In this document: positions 21,007 to 30,204 of the stretch, in pieces
Layout: each line of letters begins with the position of its first letter
Position numbering within the stretch: the stretch's first letter is position 1
Assembly: GCA_041617635.1 (NCBI GenBank)
Contig: JBFJOO010000006.1
Coordinates: 18,756-82,755 of the forward strand
Origin: Burkholderiales bacterium
GTDB taxonomy: Bacteria > Pseudomonadota > Gammaproteobacteria > Burkholderiales > SG8-39
Direction of reading: 5' to 3'
Length of the DNA: 64,000 bases
Made by a program: the position numbers and the translations under genes
The notes under the pieces: model-generated
Databases searched by the model: none
What the model was told of the DNA's origin: nothing
Seen by the model: only the letters and a program-made list of their open reading frames with translations

Positions 21007-21972
21007 ATGCATGCAACGCTTCCGCATCTTGCGGATACGGACTTTCCCGCAATCTCCCGCAGACAGCTCGAGGTCCTGCAGGTCAATCTCGGCTATCGAT
21101 GCAATCAAAGCTGCGTGCACTGCCACGTGAACGCGGGACCGACCCGAACCGAGATGATGAGCGGGGAGAATGTCGATACCGTGCTCGACTTCCTGGCTGC
21201 GTCCGCGGTGGGCACCCTCGACGTCACGGGTGGTGCGCCCGAGCTGAGCCCGCACTTCAGGCGCCTGGTGACGCAAGCGCGCGCGCTGGGGGTGCACGTC
21301 ATGGACCGATGCAACCTCACGATCCTGCTCGAGCCTGGCCATGAGGATCTCGCCGAGTTTCTCGCGGCGAACTCGGTCGAGGTGGTGGCGTCGCTCCCTT
21401 GCTACCTCGAGGACAATGTCGACCGCCAGCGCGGCAAGGGCGTCTTCGTCCGGAGCATCACGGCGCTGCGCCAGCTGAATGCGCTCGGCTACGGGCGCCC
21501 GGCGAGCGGCCTCAAGCTGAGCCTCGTCTACAACCCCCAGGGGCCGTCGCTTCCCCCCGAGCAAGGCGCGCTCGAGGAAGCGTATCGCATGCATCTCCGT
21601 GCGAACTTCGGCGTGGAGTTCAACGACCTCTTCACGCTCGCGAACATGCCGATCCAGCGGTTCGGCAGCACCCTCATCTCCAAGGGACAGTTCGGCGAGT
21701 ACATGAAGCTGCTGCGCAGCAGTCATCGTGACGAGAACCTCGAGCACGTGATGTGCCGGTCGCTGATCTCCGTGGACTGGCAGGGCTACGTCTACGACTG
21801 CGATTTCAACCAGATGCTCGGATTGCCGCTGCGGATAAACGGGAAATCCCGCGAGCGGCTCGCGGACCTCATCGGCAGAGACCTGTCCGGAACGCCGATT
21901 ACCGTCGCGGATCACTGCTTCGGATGCACCGCGGGGCAGGGGTCGAGCTGCGGAGGCGCGCTGGGTGAGTGA
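21007..21972 (+). CDS. arsS: ArsS-type radical SAM / Cys-rich (DUF3641) protein
   Basis: LQVNLGYRCNQSCVHCH (CX3CX2C), DVTGGAPE, YDCDFNQML and C-terminal HCFGCTAGQGSSCGG. Confidence 0.9.
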   Translation: MHATLPHLADTDFPAISRRQLEVLQVNLGYRCNQSCVHCHVNAGPTRTEMMSGENVDTVLDFLAASAVGTLDVTGGAPELSPHFRRLVTQARALGVHVMDRCNLTILLEPGHEDLAEFLAANSVEVVASLPCYLEDNVDRQRGKGVFVRSITALRQLNALGYGRPASGLKLSLVYNPQGPSLPPEQGALEEAYRMHLRANFGVEFNDLFTLANMPIQRFGSTLISKGQFGEYMKLLRSSHRDENLEHVMCRSLISVDWQGYVYDCDFNQMLGLPLRINGKSRERLADLIGRDLSGTPITVADHCFGCTAGQGSSCGGALGE

Positions 21973-22954
21973 CCACCGCCCGGGTCGCTACTGCCCGCAA
22001 AGCTATCGCTACGCTCCGGCCAGTCTGGCGCGCGAGCCGGAGCTGCTCGCAGACACGCTGTACGTCGTGGGGGGCCTCTACGGCAACGTGCCTGCCCTCG
22101 ATGTCGTCGAGCGGCTTGCGGCCGCCGAAACCGGCACGACGCGGGTGATCTTCAATGGCGATTTCCACTGGTTCGACGTCGACCCTGCGGCGTTCGCCGA
22201 AGTCGACCGCCGCGTGGCGGCGCACTTCGCCCTGCGCGGCAATGTCGAGACCGAGATCGCCTCGGATGACGGCGCGGTCGGGTGCGGCTGCGCCTACCCC
22301 ACGACGGTGAGCGATGCCGACGTCGAACGATCGAACGAGATCCTCGTCCGGTTGCGCGCGACTGCGCGCAGCGTTGCCGCGCGGCGGGCCGCGCTGGCGG
22401 GGCTGCCGATGAACGCAGTGGCGGGCGTCGGCGAAGCCCGCATCGTGGTCGTGCATGGCGATCCGGAATCGCTCGCGGGATGGGGGTTCGCGCACGATCG
22501 CCTCGCCGACCCACGCCACGCCGAACGAATCGCAGCGTGGTGCGCAGCGGCGCGTGCGGACGTCTTTGCGTCGAGCCACACCTGCCTGCCGGTGTGCCGG
22601 GAGCTGGTCGCCCGCGCCCGGCGGTCGGTGGTCATCAACAACGGCGCGGCGGGAATGCCCAATTTCGCGGGCACGCGATTCGGCATCGCGACGCGAATCT
22701 CGCGGCGTCCCGCGCCTCCGGAGCTCGCGCTCTACGGCGTGCGTGTCGGTGCGCTGCGGGTCGACGCGGTGCGCCTCGACTACGACCATGACGACTGGGT
22801 GCGCCGGTTCCTTTCGATGTGGCCGGAAGGATCGCCTGCGCATCGCTCCTACTTCCAGCGGATCGTCGCCGGCCCGTCGTATGACCGATCTTCCGCTCAA
22901 CCGGTGGTTACCATCTTGCCGGAAGCGCGTTACGCAGCCGCTGGGCACGGGTAG
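21965..22954 (+). CDS. Uncharacterised metallophosphoesterase-fold protein
   Basis: GGLYGN, FNGDFHWFD, GNVE, VHGD and SHT resemble calcineurin-like motifs. Its GTG start overlaps the arsS stop. Confidence 0.75.
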   Translation: MSDHRPGRYCPQSYRYAPASLAREPELLADTLYVVGGLYGNVPALDVVERLAAAETGTTRVIFNGDFHWFDVDPAAFAEVDRRVAAHFALRGNVETEIASDDGAVGCGCAYPTTVSDADVERSNEILVRLRATARSVAARRAALAGLPMNAVAGVGEARIVVVHGDPESLAGWGFAHDRLADPRHAERIAAWCAAARADVFASSHTCLPVCRELVARARRSVVINNGAAGMPNFAGTRFGIATRISRRPAPPELALYGVRVGALRVDAVRLDYDHDDWVRRFLSMWPEGSPAHRSYFQRIVAGPSYDRSSAQPVVTILPEARYAAAGHG

Positions 22955-23068
22955 GCGCGGCGTGTAATGTTCGGACGTCTCGCGCGACCGTGAGATAGGT
23001 CGCTCAGCCAGCGCGGGCCGCGCGGCCGTAAAGTTCGCAGGCGCGACTGGATAACCAAGGAGGAACCG

Positions 23069-25270
23069 ATGACCAAGGGCCGGATCGTGCTGATCGTAGC
23101 AATCGCCGTGCTGATCGCGGCGTTCTTTGCGCTCGACCTCGGCCGCTTCTTCAGCATCGAGTATTTCAAGGCGCAGCAGGCCGCGTTCGACGAGTTCTAC
23201 CGGGCGAACCCATTTGCGACGGTGGCAGTGTTCTTCACGGTCTATGTCGCAGTCACCGGGCTGTCGCTGCCGGGCGCGGCGCTCATGACGCTGGTGGCCG
23301 GGGCGATCTTCCAGCTGCTGTGGGGAACCGTGATCGTTTCCTTCGCCTCGTCGATCGGCGCGACGCTCGCGTTCCTGGCGAGCCGGTTCCTGTTTCGCGA
23401 CTGGGTGCAGGGCAAATTCGGCGACAAGCTGCGTGCGATAAACGAAGGCGTTGCGCGCGAAGGGGCGTTCTACCTGTTCACGCTGCGGCTCGTGCCGCTG
23501 TTCCCGTTCTTCGTCATCAATCTCGTCATGGGCCTGACGCCCCTGCGGACGCGAACGTTCTACTGGGTGAGCCAGCTCGGAATGCTCGCCGGGACGATCG
23601 TCTACGTCAATGCCGGGACCCAGATCGCGCGCATCGAGTCTCTCAAGGGCATCCTGTCGCCAGGCCTGCTGATCTCGTTCGCGCTGCTCGGCGTGTTTCC
23701 GCTCATTGCCAAGCGCATTGTCGCGTTCTTCCGCTCGCGCAAGGTGTACGCCCGCTGGAGTAAGCCCGCGGCCTTCGACCGGAACGTCGTCGTCATCGGC
23801 GCGGGGTCCGCAGGGCTCGTGTCGGCCTACATCTCGGCTGCAGTCAAGGCCAAGGTGACGCTCGTCGAGAAGCACCAGATGGGTGGCGACTGCCTGAACA
23901 CGGGATGCGTGCCTTCGAAGGCGCTGATCCGCTCGGCGAAACTGTTGTCGCACATCCGCCGGGCGAAGGAGTTCGGGATCGGATCGGCCTCGGCCGATTT
24001 CGACTTCGCCGACGTCATGGAACGGGTGCAGCGCGTCGTGCGGACAGTCGAGCCGCACGACTCGGCGGAGCGATATACCGGGCTCGGTGTCGAGGTCATC
24101 GCTGGTGACGCGCGCATCACGTCGCCGTGGACCGTCGACGTCCAGACCGCGGACGGCGTGCGCACGCTGACCACGCGCGCCATCGTGATCGCCGCAGGCG
24201 CGCGCCCGTTCGTGCCGCCCATTCCGGGGATCAAGGAGGTCGGATACCTGACTTCCGACAACGTGTGGGAATTGCGCACGCTGCCGAAGCGCCTGGTCGT
24301 GCTGGGCGGCGGGCCGATCGGCTCGGAGCTCACGCAGGCCTTCGCGCGCTTCGGATCGAAGGTCACCCAGGTCGAGATGCTGCCGCGCATCCTGATCCGG
24401 GAGGATCCCGAGGTCTCCGAAATGGTCACCGAGCGCTTCCGCGCCGAGGGCATCGAGGTGCTGGTGGACCATAAGGCGACGGCCTTCCGCGTCGAGAACG
24501 GCGAGAAAGTGATGCTCGCCGAACACGCGGGGCGCGAAGTGCGCATCCCCTTCGACGCGGTCCTCGTCGCGGTGGGGCGGGTGGCGAACACTCAGGGATA
24601 CGGGCTCGAGGAGCTCGGAATCGGCACGACGAAGGCGCGGACTGTCGAGACGAACGAGTATCTGGAGACGATCTATCCGAACATCTACGCTTGCGGGGAC
24701 GTGGCGGGGCCGTTTCAGTTCACCCACACTGCGGCGCACCAGGCCTGGTTTGCGGCGGTCAATGCGCTCTTCGGCACGTTTCGCAAGTTCAAGGCGGACT
24801 ACTCGGTGATTCCCTGGGCAACGTTCACTGAGCCCGAGGTGGCGCGGGTCGGGCTGAACGAGATCGAGGCCCGCGAAAAAGGGGTCGCCCACGAAGTCAC
24901 GACCTACGGCATCGACGATCTCGATCGGGCAATCGCGGACGAGGAGGCCCACGGCTTCGTGAAGGTGCTCACGGTCCCGGGAAAGGACAAGATTCTCGGT
25001 GTCACCATCGTCGGCGAGCATGCGGGAGACCTGATTGCCGAGTACGTGACGGCAATGAAGCACGGTCTGGGGCTCAACAAGATCCTCGGCACGATCCACA
25101 TCTATCCGACCCTTGTCGAGGCGAACAAGTACGCGGCCGGCAACTGGAAGCGCGCGCACGCGCCTGCGACGGTGCTGAGGTGGCTCGAGCGCTATCACGC
25201 ATGGCGGCGCGGCGGCGACGCGGGAACCCGCGAGGCCGGCGCTCGGGCCGGGCGCTCGGCGCAGGCCTAG
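23069..25270 (+). CDS. TVP38/VTT (DedA-like) membrane domain fused to a class I flavin-disulfide reductase (LpdA/MerA-like)
   Basis: N-terminal LSLPGA...LRLVPLFPF, then GAGSAG, GGDCLNTGCVPSK, GGGPIG, CGDV and IHIYPT. AGGAGG RBS. Confidence 0.92.
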   Translation: MTKGRIVLIVAIAVLIAAFFALDLGRFFSIEYFKAQQAAFDEFYRANPFATVAVFFTVYVAVTGLSLPGAALMTLVAGAIFQLLWGTVIVSFASSIGATLAFLASRFLFRDWVQGKFGDKLRAINEGVAREGAFYLFTLRLVPLFPFFVINLVMGLTPLRTRTFYWVSQLGMLAGTIVYVNAGTQIARIESLKGILSPGLLISFALLGVFPLIAKRIVAFFRSRKVYARWSKPAAFDRNVVVIGAGSAGLVSAYISAAVKAKVTLVEKHQMGGDCLNTGCVPSKALIRSAKLLSHIRRAKEFGIGSASADFDFADVMERVQRVVRTVEPHDSAERYTGLGVEVIAGDARITSPWTVDVQTADGVRTLTTRAIVIAAGARPFVPPIPGIKEVGYLTSDNVWELRTLPKRLVVLGGGPIGSELTQAFARFGSKVTQVEMLPRILIREDPEVSEMVTERFRAEGIEVLVDHKATAFRVENGEKVMLAEHAGREVRIPFDAVLVAVGRVANTQGYGLEELGIGTTKARTVETNEYLETIYPNIYACGDVAGPFQFTHTAAHQAWFAAVNALFGTFRKFKADYSVIPWATFTEPEVARVGLNEIEAREKGVAHEVTTYGIDDLDRAIADEEAHGFVKVLTVPGKDKILGVTIVGEHAGDLIAEYVTAMKHGLGLNKILGTIHIYPTLVEANKYAAGNWKRAHAPATVLRWLERYHAWRRGGDAGTREAGARAGRSAQA

Positions 25271-25272
25271 TC

Positions 25273-26085
25273 ATGCGGATCCTGCAGGCTGGCTTCACTG
25301 CCCTGATGGCTCTGGCGCCCGGCGCGGTGCAAGCGCAGTTCGACCATTCGCACTCGGCTTGGAACGCGCTCGTCGCGCGCCATGTCGAGGTGATCGATGG
25401 GGGCAAAGCGTCGCAGGTTCGCTACGCGGGATTCAAGAAGGATCGTGCGGCGCTCCGCGGGTATCTCGACTCGCTCTCCGCGGTCAAGCGGGCGGAATTC
25501 GACGGCTGGTCGAAGGCCGAGCAGCTCGCGTTCCTGATCAACGTGTACAACGCGTTCACGGTCGAGCTGATCGTGCGCAACTATCCGGGGATCGAGTCGA
25601 TCCGCGACCTGGGCAATCTGCTCCGCAGCCCATGGCGTATACGCTTCTTCACTCTGCTCGGCGGGGAGCAGCATCTGGACGCCATCGAGCACGACATGAT
25701 CCGCGAGCCCGGCGTATTCGACGAGCCGCGCATCCACTTCGCCGTCAATTGCGCATCGGTGGGCTGCCCGATGCTGCGCGCAGAGGCCTATGTCGCGCCG
25801 CGCCTCGATGCCCAGCTCGAGGATCAGACGGTGCGCTTCCTTTCGGATCGGTCGCGGAACCGCTATGACCCGCAGCGCGGGGTGCTTGAGGTCTCGATGC
25901 TGTTCGACTGGTATCGTAAGGACTTCGAAATGGGCTTGCGTGGGATCGAGTCCCGCGAAAGCTTCTTCGCTGCGCACGCGCACCTGCTCGCCGACTCGCC
26001 GTCCGGACGGCAGGTGATCGCCTCCGGCGCCGCGCCCATCAGGTTCCTCGAATACGACTGGGACCTGAACGACGCGAGGCGCTGA
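25273..26085 (+). CDS. DUF547 domain protein, probably exported
   Basis: Signal-peptide-like N-terminus. LAFLINVYNA, RIHFAVNCASVGCP and YDWDLN. Confidence 0.88.
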   Translation: MRILQAGFTALMALAPGAVQAQFDHSHSAWNALVARHVEVIDGGKASQVRYAGFKKDRAALRGYLDSLSAVKRAEFDGWSKAEQLAFLINVYNAFTVELIVRNYPGIESIRDLGNLLRSPWRIRFFTLLGGEQHLDAIEHDMIREPGVFDEPRIHFAVNCASVGCPMLRAEAYVAPRLDAQLEDQTVRFLSDRSRNRYDPQRGVLEVSMLFDWYRKDFEMGLRGIESRESFFAAHAHLLADSPSGRQVIASGAAPIRFLEYDWDLNDARR

Positions 26086-26089
26086 CCGC

Positions 26090-26773
26090 GTGCGCATCTC
26101 GGCCATTGTTCCGGTATTGAACGAAGCGGCGGTCATTGATGCCACGCTCGGCGCGCTCGCCCCGCTCCGTGCGCGCGGGCACGAGGTGATCTTGGTCGAC
26201 GGCGGATCGACCGACGCCACCTTGGCCATCGCCGCCGGCAAGGCAGACCGGGTGATCACCGCGCCCCGCGGTAGGGCGGACCAGATGAACGCTGGTGCGG
26301 GGGTGGCGTCGGCGGACATTCTGGTCTTCGTGCACGCGGACACTTTGCTACCCGCTGACGCCGATCTCGCGATCGCGCGCGGGCTGGCCAGCCCAGATGG
26401 AGCATGGGGCCGCTTTGACGTGTTGATCGACAGCCGCCGCTGGCTGCTTGGCTGCGTCGCGTGGGCGATGAACACGCGGTCCCGTATCACCGGCATCGCC
26501 ACCGGTGACCAGGCGATCTTCATGCGGCGCGCCGAGTTCGAGGCGGTCGGCGGTTTCCCGCGCCTCGCGCTGATGGAAGACGTCGCGATGACCCGCCGTC
26601 TCAAGCGCCGCTCGTCGCCGATTTGTCTGCGGGATCGCGTCGTCACGTCGGGCCGGCGATGGGAATCGGCCGGCGTGCTGCGCACGATCGCGCTCATGTG
26701 GTGGTTGCGATTCCGATTCTTCCTCGGCGCGTCGCCCGATCGCCTTGCGCGGAGCTATGACGCGCGTGACTAG
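26090..26773 (+). CDS. GT2 glycosyltransferase, TIGR04283 type (rSAM/selenodomain-associated transferase 2)
   Basis: IVPVLNE, VDGGSTD, FVHADT, GDQAIF, MEDV and TSGRRW. Confidence 0.9.
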   Translation: MRISAIVPVLNEAAVIDATLGALAPLRARGHEVILVDGGSTDATLAIAAGKADRVITAPRGRADQMNAGAGVASADILVFVHADTLLPADADLAIARGLASPDGAWGRFDVLIDSRRWLLGCVAWAMNTRSRITGIATGDQAIFMRRAEFEAVGGFPRLALMEDVAMTRRLKRRSSPICLRDRVVTSGRRWESAGVLRTIALMWWLRFRFFLGASPDRLARSYDARD

Positions 26774-27458
26774 CCAGGCGCCCGTTGTCGAGAGCGAGGT
26801 TGCAAGCGTCGTTGCAACTGTGGTTGTGTTCGCCAAGGCACCGGTACCGGGAGCGGCCAAGACGCGCCTCATACCGCGTCTCGGCCCCGAAGGCGCCGCG
26901 CGGCTCCACGCGGCGCTCGTCGAGCGCGCGCTCGCGACTGCGCAGCAGGCGGCGCTCGGCAGCGTGGAGCTATGCTGCGCGCCTGACGCAGAGCATCCGT
27001 TCTTTGCGACATGCGCGGAGCGATACGGCGTGGCGCTCACGACGCAGGCCACCGGCGATCTCGGCGCGCGAATGCTGAGCGCGTTCGACCGCGTGGTGCC
27101 AAATCGCGGTGCAACGCTGCTCATCGGGTCGGATTGCCCGGCGCTCACGCCCGAACACCTGCGCGAAGCCGCGGCCGCGTTGGCGGCGGGGCGCGATGCC
27201 GTGTTCGGCCCGGCCGAGGACGGCGGCTACGTTCTGGTAGGTCTTCTGCGCGCCTCGCCTCGCGTATTCGAAGGAATCGAATGGGGCGGGCCGGACGTGA
27301 TGTGCGAGACGCGCGCGCGGCTCGCAGCGCTAGGCTGGCGATGGCACGAGCTCGCCGAGCTCTGGGACGTCGATCGTCCCGCAGATCTCGCGCGGCTCGC
27401 CGAGCGCATCGAGGACGGCGCACGCTACCTTGCAGCGGCGATGAATGCCGGGGCCTAG
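26757..27458 (+). CDS. DUF2064/CofC-like transferase, TIGR04282 type (rSAM/selenodomain-associated transferase 1)
   Basis: FAKAPVPGAAKTRL, QATGDLGARM, IGSDCP, GPAEDGGYVLVG and WDVD. Start uncertain (26745-26766). Confidence 0.9.
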   Translation: MTRVTSQAPVVESEVASVVATVVVFAKAPVPGAAKTRLIPRLGPEGAARLHAALVERALATAQQAALGSVELCCAPDAEHPFFATCAERYGVALTTQATGDLGARMLSAFDRVVPNRGATLLIGSDCPALTPEHLREAAAALAAGRDAVFGPAEDGGYVLVGLLRASPRVFEGIEWGGPDVMCETRARLAALGWRWHELAELWDVDRPADLARLAERIEDGARYLAAAMNAGA

Positions 27459-27491
27459 GTTTCCGAGGCGCGCGTCGGTGCGCGCGGCACG

Positions 27492-28601
27492 ATGAAGCGG
27501 TTACTGCTTGTCGGCGGCGGTCACAGCCATGTCGCGGTGCTGCGCAGTCTCGGCGACCATCCGATGCCGGAGGTCGAGGCGACGCTCGTCAGCCCGGAGC
27601 GGTTCACGCCGTACTCGGGAATGCTCCCGGGGCTCATCGCGGGCCACTATGCGCACCGCGAATGCCACATCGATCTCGCCGCGCTTGCCCGCTTCGCCCA
27701 TTGCCAGCGTGTCGAGGCGACCGTCACGATGCTGGATCTCGAGCGCGGGATCGCCGTGGCGGCGGACGGTCGCGAGCATGCCTGGGATGTCATCTCGCTC
27801 GACATCGGCTCCAGCCCGGCCATGGCGGGCGTACCGGGTGCGCGCGAGCGGGCGATCGCCGTGAAACCCGTACACCGCCTGCTCGCTGCGCTGGAGGACG
27901 TTGCGGTCCGGGCACGCCACGGTTCCCTGCGCCGGATCCTCTTTGTCGGAGGCGGAGCGGCGGGCGTCGAGGTCCTGCTCGCGTTGCAGCACCGCTTGGC
28001 GACCGAGGGATTTCGGAGCGTGGAGATGCTGCTCGCGATCGATGCCGATGCGCCGCTGCCCGGTCACAACGAACGGGTTCGCGCCGCATTTGCGCGCGTC
28101 CTGGCCGACCGGGGCGTGCGCGTTCACGCGCGCAGCCGGGTCGTGCGCGTCGACGAGGGCGTGGCGCTGACCGAAGGGGGCGAGCGAATCGGTTTCGACG
28201 CACTCGTCTGGACAACCGGTGCGGCCGCCGCGCCGTGGCCGGGAGAGTCGGGTCTGAGCGTCGATCCGAGCGGATTCGTGCTCGTCGACGAGACGTTGCA
28301 ATCGACGTCGCATCCAAGGGTGTTCGCGACCGGCGATATCGCCACGATCCGCGGCCACCCGCGTCCGAAATCCGGCGTGCACGCGGTCCGTCATGGCCCG
28401 CCCCTGGTGCGCAACCTCCGCCGCGTGCTCGCCGGCGAGCGGCTCGAGCGGTTCGTTCCGCAGCGCGACGCCTTGGCGCTGATCTCGACGGGCAATCGTT
28501 ACGCAATCCTGTCGCGCGGCACCTGGGCGCTTAAAGGCGCCTGGGTGTGGCGCTGGAAGGACTGGCTGGACCGCAGGTTCATGCGGCGTTACGACGTGTA
28601 G
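27492..28601 (+). CDS. FAD-dependent pyridine nucleotide-disulfide oxidoreductase, SelD N-terminal-like (TIGR03169 type)
   Basis: LLVGGGHSH, YSGMLPG, PKSGVHAVRHGP and WKDWLDRRFM. Confidence 0.88.
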   Translation: MKRLLLVGGGHSHVAVLRSLGDHPMPEVEATLVSPERFTPYSGMLPGLIAGHYAHRECHIDLAALARFAHCQRVEATVTMLDLERGIAVAADGREHAWDVISLDIGSSPAMAGVPGARERAIAVKPVHRLLAALEDVAVRARHGSLRRILFVGGGAAGVEVLLALQHRLATEGFRSVEMLLAIDADAPLPGHNERVRAAFARVLADRGVRVHARSRVVRVDEGVALTEGGERIGFDALVWTTGAAAAPWPGESGLSVDPSGFVLVDETLQSTSHPRVFATGDIATIRGHPRPKSGVHAVRHGPPLVRNLRRVLAGERLERFVPQRDALALISTGNRYAILSRGTWALKGAWVWRWKDWLDRRFMRRYDV

Positions 28602-28791
28602 CGCGCAGACGAGAGCCGGTCGCTGGCTTTCGCCAAGCAGCAGGTAGACCGAGCGATTGCCGCCCCTTCTTGCTCGGGCGCCGCGTCGGCGACGTGACGG
28701 ACGAGCGTTGCCTCGCTCTGAAGGATCGGCCAAACTGCCGGGAGCGCCGACGTGGAATGCGCTCGACCGGTCTCTTTTTCTCAGAGCTGTC

Positions 28792-29508
28792 ATGTCACGA
28801 CTTCTCTTCCGCGATGACGCATATCTGCGCGCTTGTGAGACACGGGTCACGGGCGTCGACGCACGCGGCATCCGCCTCGAGGCGACCGTGTTCTATGCGA
28901 ATTCCGGCGGACAGCCGGGCGATACCGGCACGCTCCGGCTCGAGAACGGAACGGAGGTCCGTGTCATCGACACGGTCAAGGGGAATGGACCCGACGAAGT
29001 GGTCCACGTTCCGGCGCCCGACAGCCCGCCAGTGTCGGTGGGAATGGGCGTGCAAGCCGAGATCGACTGGCAGCGGCGGTATCGGCACATGCGCCTGCAT
29101 ACCTGCATGCATCTCCTGTGCGCCGCGGTCCCGTACGCGGTCACGGGTGGACAGATCGCGGCCGACAAAGCGCGACTCGATTTCGACACGCAGGGCAATC
29201 CGCTGGACCGGGACGCCGTGGCGACGCGCTTGAACGAGCTCATTGCGCAGGGCGCGCCGGTTGGGGCGCGTTGGATCACCGAGTCGGAACTCGCGGAGAG
29301 CCCGCAACTCGTGCGCACGATGTCGGTCAAGCCGCCGACCGGACAAGGTCGCGTGAGACTGCTCGAAGTGAGCGGCATCGATCTGCAGCCCTGCGGGGGC
29401 ACGCACGTCGGCAACACCGCGGAGATCGGCCGGGTCGTCGTGCTCAAGATCGAGAACAAGGGGCGGCAGAACCGGCGCGTAGTCGTCGGGTTCGCCGGCG
29501 AGGAGTGA
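28792..29508 (+). CDS. alaX: AlaX alanyl-tRNA editing protein
   Basis: FYANSGGQPGD, HMRLHTCMH and PCGGTHV zinc/editing motifs. Confidence 0.93.
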   Translation: MSRLLFRDDAYLRACETRVTGVDARGIRLEATVFYANSGGQPGDTGTLRLENGTEVRVIDTVKGNGPDEVVHVPAPDSPPVSVGMGVQAEIDWQRRYRHMRLHTCMHLLCAAVPYAVTGGQIAADKARLDFDTQGNPLDRDAVATRLNELIAQGAPVGARWITESELAESPQLVRTMSVKPPTGQGRVRLLEVSGIDLQPCGGTHVGNTAEIGRVVVLKIENKGRQNRRVVVGFAGEE

Positions 29509-30083
29509 GGCGCGAGACGCGCGCGGGTGTAACCGAGGCTGCTCCCGGTCGGGCAACGATCCGCGCGAGCGTGCTCGCGGACGTGCCCGCGATCACCACG
29601 ATCTACGCGCACCACGTTCTCAACGGGCTTGCTTCGTTCGAGACCGTCGCGCCGGACGAAGCGGAGATCGCGCGCCGCCGTGATGCGATACTCGCCCGCG
29701 GCCTGCCTTACCAGGTGGCCTTGCTCGATGGCAACATCGCCGGCTACGCCTACGCCGGACCATACCGGGCGCGTGCTGCCTATCGCTACACGCTGGAGGA
29801 CTCGGTGTATGTCGATCCATCAGCGGCCCGGCGCGGCATCGGGCGCGCGCTCCTCGAGTCGCTGCTCGCGACTTGCGCGACGCTCGGCTATCGGCAAATG
29901 ATCGCGGTGATCGGTGATAGCCAAAACACGGCATCGATCACGCTGCACGAGGCATGCGGCTTCACGCGCGCCGGGTTATTGCGGAGCGTGGGTTACAAGC
30001 ATCGGCGTTGGGTGGACAGCGTGCTCATGCAACGCTCGCTGGGAGCTAGGGACACCGCCGCACTGGAGCAAGGCGAGACGTGA
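29505..30083 (+). CDS. GNAT N-acetyltransferase, phosphinothricin/YncA family
   Basis: ASFE, YAYAGPYR, EDSVYV, LHEACGF and GYKHRRWVD. GTGA overlap with alaX; start uncertain. Confidence 0.9.
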   Translation: MRRETRAGVTEAAPGRATIRASVLADVPAITTIYAHHVLNGLASFETVAPDEAEIARRRDAILARGLPYQVALLDGNIAGYAYAGPYRARAAYRYTLEDSVYVDPSAARRGIGRALLESLLATCATLGYRQMIAVIGDSQNTASITLHEACGFTRAGLLRSVGYKHRRWVDSVLMQRSLGARDTAALEQGET

Positions 30084-30204
30084 ACGCGTCATACGATCCG
30101 CGCCCGCGACACGCGCAACTTGCGCGGCAAGCGGCAAGATGCTATCGAGAAGGTGGCGCTCAGCCAAACGTCGTCAACGGGGCACCTATCAGAGGAGGCA
30201 GCAC

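Noticed and set aside
21970-22030. Selenocysteine read-through of the arsS TGA
   Set aside because: All conserved Cys are already encoded, the read-through frame is nonsense-like and overlaps the next gene, and no SECIS-like hairpin is evident.
21899-25198. Very long antisense ORFs (also 4081-6420, 7525-9753, 10907-12754, 61506-63896)
   Set aside because: These are shadow frames of well-supported genes in high-GC DNA. They are Arg/Ala/Gly-rich and carry no domain motifs.
23069-25270. Calling the reductase MerA
   Set aside because: No HMA domain, no C-terminal Cys pair, and no mer genes nearby.
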